Virus record (IMG/VR): IMGVR_UViG_3300027589_000005
Span: 1-54,250 of that record
Length of the DNA: 54,250 nt
Reading direction: 5' to 3' (one strand)
Source: a virus
Taxonomy: Duplodnaviria > Caudoviricetes
The position numbers were made by a program, and so were the translations under genes. Each line of letters starts with the position of its first letter. Position 1 is the first letter of the stretch. Below are positions 19,516-28,974 of this stretch, one piece after another. Under the pieces are notes generated by a model. The model was not told the DNA's origin and did no database searches. It worked only from the letters and a program-made list of their open reading frames with translations.

Positions 19516-22500
19516 TTACATCCTATGGTGGTTGATCGGAGAATCTCCGAATTTGGAGTTAATATGTCGCTGCATGGCGGCCATTCTTTCCTTTTGCTCA
19601 CGTTTCCGAGCTTTATCAGCACCGTAAATCTTATATGCTTCAAGAGAACGTTTTGAATAGACAGAGTTAGTTGTTCCTAACGAGTCAACGGCCAGATAAC
19701 TATTCAATTCGTTAAGGTTGCTAGCGGAGTTCTTGTTGGCATTGGTACCAGTACCTTTTGTCTGAACAAAGTTCGTGTTGTCCTGCATTAGGTTACCAAT
19801 GTAAGTCCTGTAGTTTGCAGCAGTGTTACCTTCCATTCTATAGGGCTTTACATTGTCACCGAATTTGTCCCACTTCTGTCCAATGTGTCGCGCAGTCTCT
19901 TCTGCCACACTGGCAGACATACCTCCTGACTGAGCTTGCTCCATAACAGAGATCAACTTCATAGTTTGATAGTTTTCAGCCATCTTGCTAGGCCGAGCAA
20001 ATGTGTTAAAGGTGATCTGAGTACCAGCAGATTCAGAGAAAGCTCTATAGGTCTGAGCCCAAGGCGTAGCCCAAAGACCGCGGCGAGCCTCTACTGCCTT
20101 TTGTTCTGCATGTCTAAGGGCATCCCAATCAGCATGAGCATCCATGTAACTACCGTAGGGTAGATGGGCAGCTAAACCACGCTCTACAGCTTGCTGGTTT
20201 ACGTTACGGCCGTCTGCAAACACAGTACCGACAGCACGTCCGTACGTAGCATCCTTCGGGTCATAAGCGATTTTAAGCTTCCCTGAGGACATTAGCTGTT
20301 TCATGCCTGCAATAGCTTCTGTAGCTCCAGGCTGTGGAGTGTGCCAGGACTTGTCGAACATGCCGTGGGAGATTTCTGTTGAGTCGATACCTTCAAGACG
20401 GAAGGTATGCGACCCTCCTAGTCCGAAAAACCTCTGTACCCCACCAAAAAAGCCCCTTTTCTTCAGCATTACGGTGTCGACGTCTTCAACTTCCATTTCC
20501 CAGTTGGAGTCTACGTCGATTACCCTCATATTCTCTGTATTTCTTAGATTTCCTAGTTCTCCCTCACCGGCAGCCCTACCTTGCAAGGCAGTTGACTTCT
20601 TAAAGGGGCTGCGAAATGGCCAGAACAACCCCGAGCTAGTGTCGTGATGGACTGCGTTGTACTTCATTCTGTTGTACTTTTCGCGTTCTTCAAGCAAATC
20701 TTGATGCACTAGAACATCAAAAGACGTAGCTGGACCACGGTACGGAGAACCGAAGTCGGTATTCATGCTACGTGTGGCCTTTGCCATACCTGTTTCAGCA
20801 AAACCATCGGATTGCTTTCTTAATAGTTCGTATTCTTTGTAGTCCATCGTTAGGACAGAGCGGCTGTTGTCGTAGTCTTCTACGCGACTTTCTTGGGACA
20901 TTGAGTGTCCGATTAGTCCTAGGGCACCAACAGCCACCGCGGCCATACCAGCGCGAGGCACGTTATTGATGATTGTAGTGCCTACTTTGGAAGCTCTGCC
21001 TGCGGCATTACCTACGAAGTTACCTAATCCCATAGGAGCCCATCTGGAGCTCAGCCTTCCAGCAAGTCTCCTACCATCGTAGTTCAGCATCCTACGGGCA
21101 TTTGCACTGAAGTAGCTGTCTAGAGCAGTGCCAGTTTCTTCTTCTACGTGTACGTTTGCTAACTCTTTCCTAGACTGGAAAGGTAGTCCTTCTCTATTTC
21201 TTCTTTCAGTTTCGCTTTGGATAAAATTCTGCATTTTATCCCATTCTTTTCGCTGGTCTAAGCCGTACTGTGAGAAGTCGTTTCTTTTGATTACTTCCTC
21301 GTAGTAATCCTCTTCTGTAGTACTGAATTTTTGGGCGAAGTCAGCTCTAAAAACGTCTTTTGGCTTCCCAGAAGGAGTCGCCTGTCTCATTGCAATTACT
21401 CTGTCGATGCCATCAGTATGGGTAGCATACTTTTTGGTCTCGATGTCGCCGATTCCTCTTTCGTACTGCTGTAGCAAGTGTCGTCTTCTCAAGACATGTA
21501 CGGAGTCGTTGTACATTTCAAAGTACTTCAGAACTCCAGCGAGAGGACCTTGTCCCTTTCTTGCTTCCTCAATCGCCAATCTTCCTTCTTCTTTCCCTCC
21601 TTCTAGCAGATCGAAAGCCCTTAGGCTTTCGATCTTTCTTTGTAGAACGTATGCTTCGCTCTTCGCTGCGTCTTCTGCTGCTCTGTGGGCTTCTGATCCA
21701 AGCAAGCCTTGCTCTGCTTTCTTTCCTGTTTCAAAGGCTGCCCTTAAGAGACGCTCTTGGTAGTCGATACCTACACCAGCCATCTGCTTAGTGTTTACAT
21801 CGATTAGTCCGTACGTCTTACCGTAAGAAAGAAGTGCGCGCGTTAAATCCTGAACGTCTCTGACTGCTACTTCTCCTGCTTTTGGAGTGAATTCTTTATA
21901 TGCTTTCCACACGCCAATCCAGTTGCCGGTCATTTGAGCGTTGGTTCTTGCTTTGCTTACTTCACTTCCCGTTACGTAGAATGGTTCAGGGAATGTTGAG
22001 CGTGTTTCGAACACGCTCTTCCATTGGTCCACAGAAGCTTTGTTGGATTGGGCCATTGCTCCGAGTGTCGCGCCAAATTGCTTAGCTTCGAATACTGCGT
22101 TAGCGATCCAGACAGTGCTTCCTTTTGTAGGGTCTTGGGCTCTTGTAATAGCTTGTCTTAGTGGCCCTTGCATCCCCATGATGTCTTCCATAGGGATATT
22201 CGCGCCGCCCAGCTCATATTTGATGCCAGCAGCCCTGAACTCTGCTTCTCTAAGGGCGATCTCTCCTGGTGTAGGATAGTTCCCTAGCAGATGTGGATGG
22301 GCGTTCTTTTCTTTAAGCTGCTTCCACAGGAAGGTGTTCGTTGTTTCTAGCGCTTTTAAGATTTCATCAGCGTTCGTTAGTCTAGCTGCGTCGAGCTTGT
22401 ACTCTCTGACAAGCATAGAGACCAGTGCGTCTTTCCATGTGAGGAAGTTCTTTGCGGTATATCTACTACCGCGGAAGGACCTCATATTCGCTTCGTCTTG

Positions 22501-22674
22501 GAAAGCGCCTGTTTCGATGTTTACTTCTTGGGGTCGCGGCAAAAACTCAGTAACTTTGTTTTCAGCAAAGTTATAGTACGCAATTTCAGTGAATCCCGAG
22601 CCAGCCTCTCTTGAGAGAGTCTCAGTATCGAGCACGCCTGAGTTAATCAGGTATTGCCTTGTCCAATCGTCCAT
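19516..22674 (-). CDS. DnaQ-like exonuclease domain fused to a thermonuclease (SNase) domain
   Basis: N-terminal LDTET, ANAVFE and AHRAAEDA; C-terminal EDVDTV, RLEGIDSTE, YGRAVG, VNQQAVERGLA and ARRGLW. Confidence 0.75.
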   Translation of the reverse strand: MDDWTRQYLINSGVLDTETLSREAGSGFTEIAYYNFAENKVTEFLPRPQEVNIETGAFQDEANMRSFRGSRYTAKNFLTWKDALVSMLVREYKLDAARLTNADEILKALETTNTFLWKQLKEKNAHPHLLGNYPTPGEIALREAEFRAAGIKYELGGANIPMEDIMGMQGPLRQAITRAQDPTKGSTVWIANAVFEAKQFGATLGAMAQSNKASVDQWKSVFETRSTFPEPFYVTGSEVSKARTNAQMTGNWIGVWKAYKEFTPKAGEVAVRDVQDLTRALLSYGKTYGLIDVNTKQMAGVGIDYQERLLRAAFETGKKAEQGLLGSEAHRAAEDAAKSEAYVLQRKIESLRAFDLLEGGKEEGRLAIEEARKGQGPLAGVLKYFEMYNDSVHVLRRRHLLQQYERGIGDIETKKYATHTDGIDRVIAMRQATPSGKPKDVFRADFAQKFSTTEEDYYEEVIKRNDFSQYGLDQRKEWDKMQNFIQSETERRNREGLPFQSRKELANVHVEEETGTALDSYFSANARRMLNYDGRRLAGRLSSRWAPMGLGNFVGNAAGRASKVGTTIINNVPRAGMAAVAVGALGLIGHSMSQESRVEDYDNSRSVLTMDYKEYELLRKQSDGFAETGMAKATRSMNTDFGSPYRGPATSFDVLVHQDLLEEREKYNRMKYNAVHHDTSSGLFWPFRSPFKKSTALQGRAAGEGELGNLRNTENMRVIDVDSNWEMEVEDVDTVMLKKRGFFGGVQRFFGLGGSHTFRLEGIDSTEISHGMFDKSWHTPQPGATEAIAGMKQLMSSGKLKIAYDPKDATYGRAVGTVFADGRNVNQQAVERGLAAHLPYGSYMDAHADWDALRHAEQKAVEARRGLWATPWAQTYRAFSESAGTQITFNTFARPSKMAENYQTMKLISVMEQAQSGGMSASVAEETARHIGQKWDKFGDNVKPYRMEGNTAANYRTYIGNLMQDNTNFVQTKGTGTNANKNSASNLNELNSYLAVDSLGTTNSVYSKRSLEAYKIYGADKARKREQKERMAAMQRHINSKFGDSPINHHRM

Positions 22675-22729
22675 GTAGTTACCTCAAAAATATAAGGCCC
22701 TTACGGGCCTTATACATTAAACTAGTTGG

Positions 22730-23533
22730 TTAGTCATCGTCGATTGGAATGGCTTCTCTCACTTTCTCCTTACTATCTAGCACAATTGTCTCTTTTGCTC
22801 CTTTCTCTAGCAGTTTGCGGATCATTTCTAGTTCTGTCTTCAGAGTAGAGCCGTTAGAAGTGTCACCTAGTTTGCTAGCAACATCATGTTTAGCTTTACG
22901 AGTCTCCATCAAACTCTCTAGTAGTTTAATGCGCCTCGATTCTTGAGTGTTCATAAGAGCGATTACAGGATGTAGCTGTGTGGTTTTCTTTAGAATCACA
23001 CCATGCTCTCCCTGAATCTCTTCCAAATCTTGCTTCAAGAAGTTGCGGCCATCTCCATCATTGTCCCCATTAGCAAGAACTAGCATAGCTCTTTGCTTGT
23101 ACAGGTCAATAACAGCCAATTCGTTAACAATCGCCATTTCGATAGGATTGCTTGGATCTACTTGTAGGTGAAGCAGGTAGTCTACAGTTTTCTGCTGTAA
23201 GAAAGTCATTTCGAACACGCAAGGCCGGTAGAGAGGATAATCCTCGTCGTTGCCAGGTAATGGGCGCCCACTTTCGTCACGTTCAGGGATTGGACAAGAG
23301 TTAAAAAATGGACATTTCGTAGGTCCAGCACAAGAAATTGGCGCGACCGTGTGCATACCATGCTTACGTCTAAGTAGCGAGTTCTCAATTCTTGTTCTTT
23401 TAGCTGGGTCTAAGTTATCCAAGTAATTTTCGTAGTTATCATCTCCGTAAGACAAAGCATTAATGGCGTCTTCTTGACGCCTAGCTAAATCAGTCTCTCC
23501 GGGAAGAGAGATAAGTTTACGCCTGCTCCCCAT
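22730..23533 (-). CDS. Probable terminase small subunit
   Basis: Cys cluster, C..E helix and QLHPVI...ESRRIKLLESLMETRKAK resemble P27-type TerS C-termini; near the head of the packaging operon; start codon uncertain. Confidence 0.55.
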   Translation of the reverse strand: MGSRRKLISLPGETDLARRQEDAINALSYGDDNYENYLDNLDPAKRTRIENSLLRRKHGMHTVAPISCAGPTKCPFFNSCPIPERDESGRPLPGNDEDYPLYRPCVFEMTFLQQKTVDYLLHLQVDPSNPIEMAIVNELAVIDLYKQRAMLVLANGDNDGDGRNFLKQDLEEIQGEHGVILKKTTQLHPVIALMNTQESRRIKLLESLMETRKAKHDVASKLGDTSNGSTLKTELEMIRKLLEKGAKETIVLDSKEKVREAIPIDDD

Positions 23534-23729
23534 TCGGGATCTCCTTAACGTCACGAACTACGAAATGAGAAGTCCATTCATCCCGCGGCTCCTCAATTTC
23601 CTCTGCAACAGGGACAGGTTCCTCAGAAGTCATATCAATAGCAAAGGCAGTAATCGGCGCAACCGTCAATTTCTCCTTTACGGGCACGGCTACAATCTTG
23701 TTTTCTTTGTTCCTAGTCATCAGTACCAT
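23517..23729 (-). CDS. Small hypothetical protein
   Basis: 70 aa with a GGAGG RBS. Confidence 0.6.
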   Translation of the reverse strand: MVLMTRNKENKIVAVPVKEKLTVAPITAFAIDMTSEEPVPVAEEIEEPRDEWTSHFVVRDVKEIPNGEQA

Positions 23730-23792
23730 TTGTACACCTCCATAACAACTTCACCAGTAATACCATCTACAATCTCAAAATACTCTTCCATT

Positions 23793-24038
23793 TCATACAG
23801 AACGTAGTTCTTGCTCCAATAAGTCACACTCACTCCTAATATCATTAAGTAGCTTCAACAAAGCATCCTTCTCATTCTCACTCTTAAACAATTCAAGAGA
23901 CTTCTTAGCGTACCTACACTCAATACCAAGATCAGAATTCTTAACAAAGAAGAAGTACCTATAAGCATGGAATGATTCAAGTTTGCCAACAAGCTCTTTT
24001 AGAGCTTTGAGTTTACCACTAAACTTATAGAATTGCAC
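23793..24038 (-). CDS. Small hypothetical protein, first gene of the left arm
   Basis: GGAGG RBS before the start; 81 aa. Confidence 0.55.
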   Translation of the reverse strand: MQFYKFSGKLKALKELVGKLESFHAYRYFFFVKNSDLGIECRYAKKSLELFKSENEKDALLKLLNDIRSECDLLEQELRSV

Positions 24039-24406
24039 AATTCCTCCAAACGCGGGGACTTTTGATGCTGTACTTATTGAATACCAAGTGGCCCTTAGAG
24101 ATGTAAAGATGGCCGCCCCTATAGAGCAAAAAATGTGCTGAAAATTATATGAAAAAGGGGCTTGTTCCTGATTCTGGGGAAAATCGAGGGAAAAGGCTGG
24201 GAAATTGTTTTTGAAAGAGAATTAAAATTGCTTATTGGAAATTGAAAATATGGTAAGTTAGTACCTGGTATTGATAGGAAGCTATTTACTGCCCTGTGGA
24301 CTTGCGAGCCCACCCGGGTAAAGTAAAATGCTTCTATTGAACACATCCTTGCGAAGGGGTGCGGCCAATCATTCTCTCTATGGGCAATACATGCCTTTTT
24401 TTCTAT

Positions 24407-24487
24407 GGATCTAACCCATCCAGAATCCGAAAGGATGCAGCTATACATTCGTGTATGGCGGGCATATGAGGAAGTGATGGGTAGACC
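24407..24487 (+). promoter_or_regulatory. Structured 5' leader, motif A copy 1
   Basis: Closing helix GGATCTAACCCATC/GATGGGTAGACC; conserved core GAATCCGAAAGG...ATGAG. Confidence 0.75.
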
Positions 24488-24498
24488 TTGGAGGACAC

Positions 24499-24732
24499 AT
24501 GTCCAACAACACCACCAGCCTCACCCTGATCCTGGCCACCCTCGTGGTGGCCAGCCTCATGGCGGCCCACCACCACTTCCGCGAGGAAGTGGCGGTGGCG
24601 GAGCGGATCGAGGCGGGCGCTCACGCGCGTGCCTCGGCCGTCCAGGCCCAGCATCGCGTGCTGGAGTGTGTGAAGATGCCGGCCCACTACCACTCTCGAG
24701 AGTGGTGCATCCTCTTCCGCACTCCAAACTAG
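24499..24732 (+). CDS. Small membrane-anchored protein, paralog 1
   Basis: GGAGG RBS, N-terminal hydrophobic helix, ends REWCILFRTPN. Confidence 0.8.
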   Translation: MSNNTTSLTLILATLVVASLMAAHHHFREEVAVAERIEAGAHARASAVQAQHRVLECVKMPAHYHSREWCILFRTPN

Positions 24733-24739
24733 GCCCACT

Positions 24740-24778
24740 GGCCCCCACTACCTACGGGTAGTGGGGGCCCTTCTTTTT
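24740..24778 (+). terminator. Intrinsic terminator
   Basis: GGCCCCCACTACC-TACG-GGTAGTGGGGGCC plus T-tract. Confidence 0.85.
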
Positions 24779-24842
24779 ACTATCTACTATAGTGTAGTAC
24801 ACATAGGTGTATTCAGTATGACATACGCCTTTTTTATTCTAT

Positions 24843-24920
24843 GGATCTAACCCATCCGAAACCAAAAGGGCTTAACTGTACGCGGAGTACAGTGGGAGCA
24901 TGAGGTAGATGGGTAGATTC
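24843..24920 (+). promoter_or_regulatory. Structured 5' leader, motif A copy 2
   Basis: Same architecture as copy 1 with compensatory base changes. Confidence 0.75.
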
Positions 24921-24932
24921 ACGGAGGATATC

Positions 24933-25169
24933 ATGTCTAACGTTACCAGCGCCGTTGCAGCCGCCCTGCTCGTCATCCTCACCACCGCGACCTTGGTCGC
25001 GGTGGATGTTCGTCTCCGTAAGGAGATGAAAGAGGCTACACGGGTGGAGGCCGCGGCGGATGCGCGTGCGCGGGCCGTCCAGGCCCAGCACCGCATGCTG
25101 GAGTGCGTCCGTATGCCCCTGCACAGCGATGCGCGAGAGTGGTGCATTCTCTTCCGCACTCCAAACTAG
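24933..25169 (+). CDS. Small membrane-anchored protein, paralog 2
   Basis: GGAGG RBS; clear paralog of 24499-24732. Confidence 0.8.
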   Translation: MSNVTSAVAAALLVILTTATLVAVDVRLRKEMKEATRVEAAADARARAVQAQHRMLECVRMPLHSDAREWCILFRTPN

Positions 25170-25591
25170 GCACTAGGCCCCCTACCTACGGGTAGGGGGC
25201 CTTTCTTTTAATCACTACTATGGTACTAACGCCTATGTACATGGGGTACGTATGGTGTAGTACAGGCTAGTAGCACGAGGTGACGCATGTTCATGCGTAT
25301 GGCCGTGCTCAGGCTCTCCAAGCGGGGCTTCGCAGCCCTGCTTGCCAGGCACCTGCCCAAGGGTGCCCGGGTGTCCCACTTGTGGGACACGGGTCGGCTA
25401 TCGATGTGGAGGCTAGAAATGGCCTCTGCTCAGGTAGCCGTTGTCGAGGTCTGCCTCGACACCTGAGCGTTATCTCCCCCACCTACGGGAGAAGTAAAGA
25501 TAGTAGGGATGGATCTGGGGGCTTCGGCCCCTTTTTCTTTTATGGCATCTAATGCATACATTCCGTATGTCACAGATGCTAAGGAGCTCGA

Positions 25592-25780
25592 ATGAGCAGC
25601 AAGGTGGTTGATAGCGCTGGCCGAGAAATCGGCCAGCGTGAGGTTTTCCACTTCGTCGGCCGAAAGGCCGGCGAAGTGGTGGCGGAGCGGGTTGTCACGA
25701 CTAATCGCGGCTGGGCTTTGGCCCGCCGCGACTTCAAGGCACAGCACAACCTCAAGGACGAGGAGGTGGAAACCCTCTGA
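25592..25780 (+). CDS. Small hypothetical protein
   Basis: AAGGAG RBS; followed by a terminator. Confidence 0.7.
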   Translation: MSSKVVDSAGREIGQREVFHFVGRKAGEVVAERVVTTNRGWALARRDFKAQHNLKDEEVETL

Positions 25781-25841
25781 ACTCTTAGGCCCTGCTACCG
25801 AAAGGTAGTGGGGCCTTTCTTTTTCTTCTATGGAGGTGAGC

Positions 25842-25985
25842 ATGGCTGATGAACAGCTAAAGCTCCCTCAGTTCAAGGAGCCGTTGGGGATTAAAGCCCC
25901 GGCTCCTGTGGAGTCTGGGTGGAAACCCCCGGCTCCACCAAAGCGGAAGAAGGCCAAGCAGGAGCCTCTCTTCCGCAAGGACTGA
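25842..25985 (+). CDS. 47-aa Pro/Lys-rich microprotein (not in ORF track)
   Basis: GGAGGT RBS; MADEQLKLPQF...KRKKAKQEPLFRKD. Confidence 0.65.
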   Translation: MADEQLKLPQFKEPLGIKAPAPVESGWKPPAPPKRKKAKQEPLFRKD

Positions 25986-26102
25986 GGGCACAAGGTGTTG
26001 CCCTGGTTTGACAGATGGTCTGTTGGACTAGGGCACACCCCTTTTTTAATTCTCCATTTCATGTGTGCTTATGTGGATGAGGCCCCAACCATTGGAGGTT
26101 CA

Positions 26103-26564
26103 GTGGGCAAAGAGAACCGAAAGGCCAACAAGGCCGAAAAGCGGCTTGCTAAGGCCGCCAGGGTGAAAGTCCCTGAGACCACCACGGTCGAGTTGGAGAC
26201 CCGCATCCAGCTCGACCGCCACCTGGAGGCTGATCGCCCAGGTGGCGACAAGGGAGCGGGGGAACTTACCCACCTCGAGTACCGGCTTGTTGGACGGCTC
26301 GGAGTGGCGGTCGACCGGGCCTCGGCTTTGGCCGAGGCATTGTATAGAGAGATCGTAAAGAACGCGCCGAGCCGGCTTGTGGGGCGTAAGCAGGGCGGAA
26401 CTGCCCGCCTCACCCTCAGCTGCCCCGGTTGCGGGGCAGCTGTCCTCTGGTTCGCCGGAGGAAAGGTGATCTTCCGCACCTGGTTTCCGGCCGGGTGCGA
26501 AGAGGAGACTCTCCCGCTTCCGTGGGAGGTGGACCTTGGTTCTGTACTGAAGAACTTCATTTAG
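26103..26564 (+). CDS. Hypothetical protein with CPGC motif
   Basis: GGAGG then GTG start; followed by a terminator. Confidence 0.65.
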   Translation: MGKENRKANKAEKRLAKAARVKVPETTTVELETRIQLDRHLEADRPGGDKGAGELTHLEYRLVGRLGVAVDRASALAEALYREIVKNAPSRLVGRKQGGTARLTLSCPGCGAAVLWFAGGKVIFRTWFPAGCEEETLPLPWEVDLGSVLKNFI

Positions 26565-26624
26565 TACAGGGGGGCTTGCCCCCTTTTATTTCTATGGGCA
26601 ATTAGGCCCGTAAGAGGAAGCGTC

Positions 26625-26849
26625 ATGTTGATTGATGATCTGCTTGCCACCATCAAGCCGTCCTCCCAGGTCTCCGAAGAAGAAATCGAGCAGGATTGGT
26701 TCCTTGCGTTATTGAAGGTGGAAGTTTCGCTCAAGAAACACAAGCGACTTGTGGCTAAACCAAAGTTCGGCCTCCCCCCTCTGACTATGAGGGAGGAGCA
26801 GGACCTGCTCCTCCCTGGAGCGGTGTACAAACGTCGTTCGCTTTTCTAG
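26625..26849 (+). CDS. Small hypothetical protein
   Basis: GAGGA RBS; followed by a pseudoknot and a terminator. Confidence 0.65.
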   Translation: MLIDDLLATIKPSSQVSEEEIEQDWFLALLKVEVSLKKHKRLVAKPKFGLPPLTMREEQDLLLPGAVYKRRSLF

Positions 26850-27177
26850 AGTCCACCGTCTAACCTAAAGACGCTAAACAAAGGTAGGGACTCGGCTTCG
26901 GCCGAGCCCTTTTTCTTTCTTACGGGCCCATAGATACTAAATGACTCTATGGTATTACCCATGTTCCCCCAACACGAGTTAGCTAGCTTGACTAGACTGA
27001 CTAATGAAAGTACATCCGTGTGCTGGGGGACCCGGCCCTTTTTATTTCTCTATTCTATGGAGCTAATCTTAGCTGTATGACTCAAAAGTCTGGGGTGTGA
27101 CAATGGCGTCACATGTCCAGTGAGAGCAACAGCGCCCATGCGGAAAATGGGTAGAAGACAGCTCTATGGAGGACATC

Positions 27178-27789
27178 ATGTCCAACAACACCAACAACCC
27201 CGTCGTCGCCCCCATCCCCGCCGCGCTGGCCCTCATCGCCGCCGCCAACCAGCGGCAGGCCGCGGCCAAGCGCCAGGAGGCCGAGAGCGCGCTGGCGAAG
27301 GTGACGGCCCTTTGGGGCCGGATGACCGTCAGCGAGATTCAAGAGGCCCTGAAGGTCAACCTGCGCATCATGAACAAGGAGGAGGGCGACGCGCTCAAAG
27401 CGATGGCCGATGAGGCCATCGCGACGCTTCAGATGGCTGATCAGGCCCTCAAGGAGCACCGCGACGCCATCCGGCTCTCCACGCCGGAGGGCGTGGAGGA
27501 CACGATGGCCAGCATCATCTCGCAGCAGACCCTGGACAAGGGGGCGGCCGAGATCGCCAAGATCAACAAAGCCCGGGAGGCCGCCAATGCGGCCAAGAAG
27601 GCCAAGATCAACAAGGTGATCGCCGACTACGGCGACGCCCTGACCGACAACCAGCGTCGTGCGATGACCGCGTTCCTGAGCAGTCCGGATTGCAAGTGGA
27701 CCTACCAGCCCACCAAAGAGGGGCGAGAGGCCCTGCTGCGCGCCGTCGCTCGGGCCGCCCGAGCTGTTCGGGAGCAGAGCAAGAAGTAG
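27178..27789 (+). CDS. Ala-rich helical/coiled-coil protein
   Basis: GGAGG RBS and very strong GC3 bias. Confidence 0.8.
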   Translation: MSNNTNNPVVAPIPAALALIAAANQRQAAAKRQEAESALAKVTALWGRMTVSEIQEALKVNLRIMNKEEGDALKAMADEAIATLQMADQALKEHRDAIRLSTPEGVEDTMASIISQQTLDKGAAEIAKINKAREAANAAKKAKINKVIADYGDALTDNQRRAMTAFLSSPDCKWTYQPTKEGREALLRAVARAARAVREQSKK

Positions 27790-27895
27790 CCCCCTCGGGC
27801 TACTGGAAACCCAGTCCTGGTGACTGGTAGGACACACGCATTAGCGTGTGTCCTTTTTATTTCTTCCTTTCTTATTCTTTATTCTTCTTTTCTAT

Positions 27896-28111
27896 GGGCA
27901 CTTAACCCAACGTACTCTAAAGCCTGGTATCTTCGGATACCCGCTCAGAGACGTGCAAGCCACCAAGGAGGAAACTCTTGCGGTGGCAGGTATGGAGCAC
28001 ACGAAAGTGTCCTTGGTTGCCAGTGGGCGATTGAGAAAGGCTCCATAGTATCTCACTACACCTCGCAAGGGTCCTGTGAGATGGTTCTCTACTTAACGAG
28101 AACAGTGGCCC
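27896..28111 (+). ncRNA. Candidate structured ncRNA
   Basis: Starts at TTCTAT|GGG; ends pair (GGGCACT/AGTGGCCC); several UUCG/GNRA hairpins; no RBS-led ORF. Confidence 0.55.
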
Positions 28112-28440
28112 TTAGTGTGAAGGAAAGATGGGTGGCGCCACCCATTGAGTACCGATCCTAAGGGCCACACCACCCCACCCTAGCTACAGGAGAGTAGCCA
28201 TGTTCACGGAACAGATGTCTGTATGTGTTACTGGTCAAACCACACACGGACACTAAACTCCCGACAGACCAAGTGGATAACTGAGGTTATCCCGTCAAGG
28301 TACTTAGAAGCCTTGACACCAAACTCCTACACCAATCTCTGGGAGTATAATTAAGAGGTTGGCGCCTGCCAGAGCGTGTTATGGCCCCGGGGGAGCGATT
28401 CCCCAACTATTCGGGTAGAAATACCCGCTGGGAGGTTCTC

Positions 28441-28800
28441 ATGAACCACATCCAGATGTCCTTTATTGCGGCGGAGTTCCCCGTCGCCCTGGAGGCCGCC
28501 GTTGAGGCGGCGGCCTCCCTCCCAGCCCCGAACCCGATGGAGGCGGCTTGGGTCGCGGCCTCCATCTCGCCTCTTGCCGAGGGTCGCGTCATTCGCGCCC
28601 CTCGGCGCCCCGTGGCCCGCACCGCGCGAGCGGTGCGGAAGTTCATCGCCCCCCGTATGGCCGCTGCCGCCGTCCTTGTGGCGGCGGTGTCTTTGCTGGG
28701 CCTAACGGCCCTGGTCCCTGCCACCTTCGCCGGCGTCCTGGGCCTCACCGCCCTGACGATCGGCACGCCCTCCTGGGTTGCCCTGGCCACTACCAAGTAG
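28441..28800 (+). CDS. Membrane protein with hydrophobic C-terminus
   Basis: GGAGG RBS; two hydrophobic helices. Confidence 0.75.
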   Translation: MNHIQMSFIAAEFPVALEAAVEAAASLPAPNPMEAAWVAASISPLAEGRVIRAPRRPVARTARAVRKFIAPRMAAAAVLVAAVSLLGLTALVPATFAGVLGLTALTIGTPSWVALATTK

Positions 28801-28882
28801 TGGCCCCCGGTTAGCGTTCCGGGCGTCAAAAACGCATGGTCATAGGTCGCCCCCTTAGGAGGGGCGACCTTTTTCTTTCTAT

Positions 28883-28963
28883 GGTACTCATATCTATTGA
28901 AGCCAAAAGGAGGCAGTCATACAATTTAGTATGATGGGCTTATGAGGTATTAGGTATTGTACC
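28883..28963 (+). promoter_or_regulatory. Structured 5' leader, motif A copy 3
   Basis: GGTAC/GTACC closing helix; GAAGCCAAAAGG...ATGAG core. Confidence 0.75.
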
Positions 28964-28974
28964 TTGGAGGACAC

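Noticed and set aside
24421-24471. Leader motif A as a hammerhead ribozyme or c-di-AMP (ydaO) riboswitch
   Set aside because: It has GAA and ATGAG but no CUGANGA core or UH site. GAATCCGAAAGG resembles ydaO in one copy only, and the rest of that aptamer is absent.
26103-26564. RelE/DUF4258-like RNase (THLEYRLVGRLG...FRTW)
   Set aside because: The resemblance is too short to support without a profile search.
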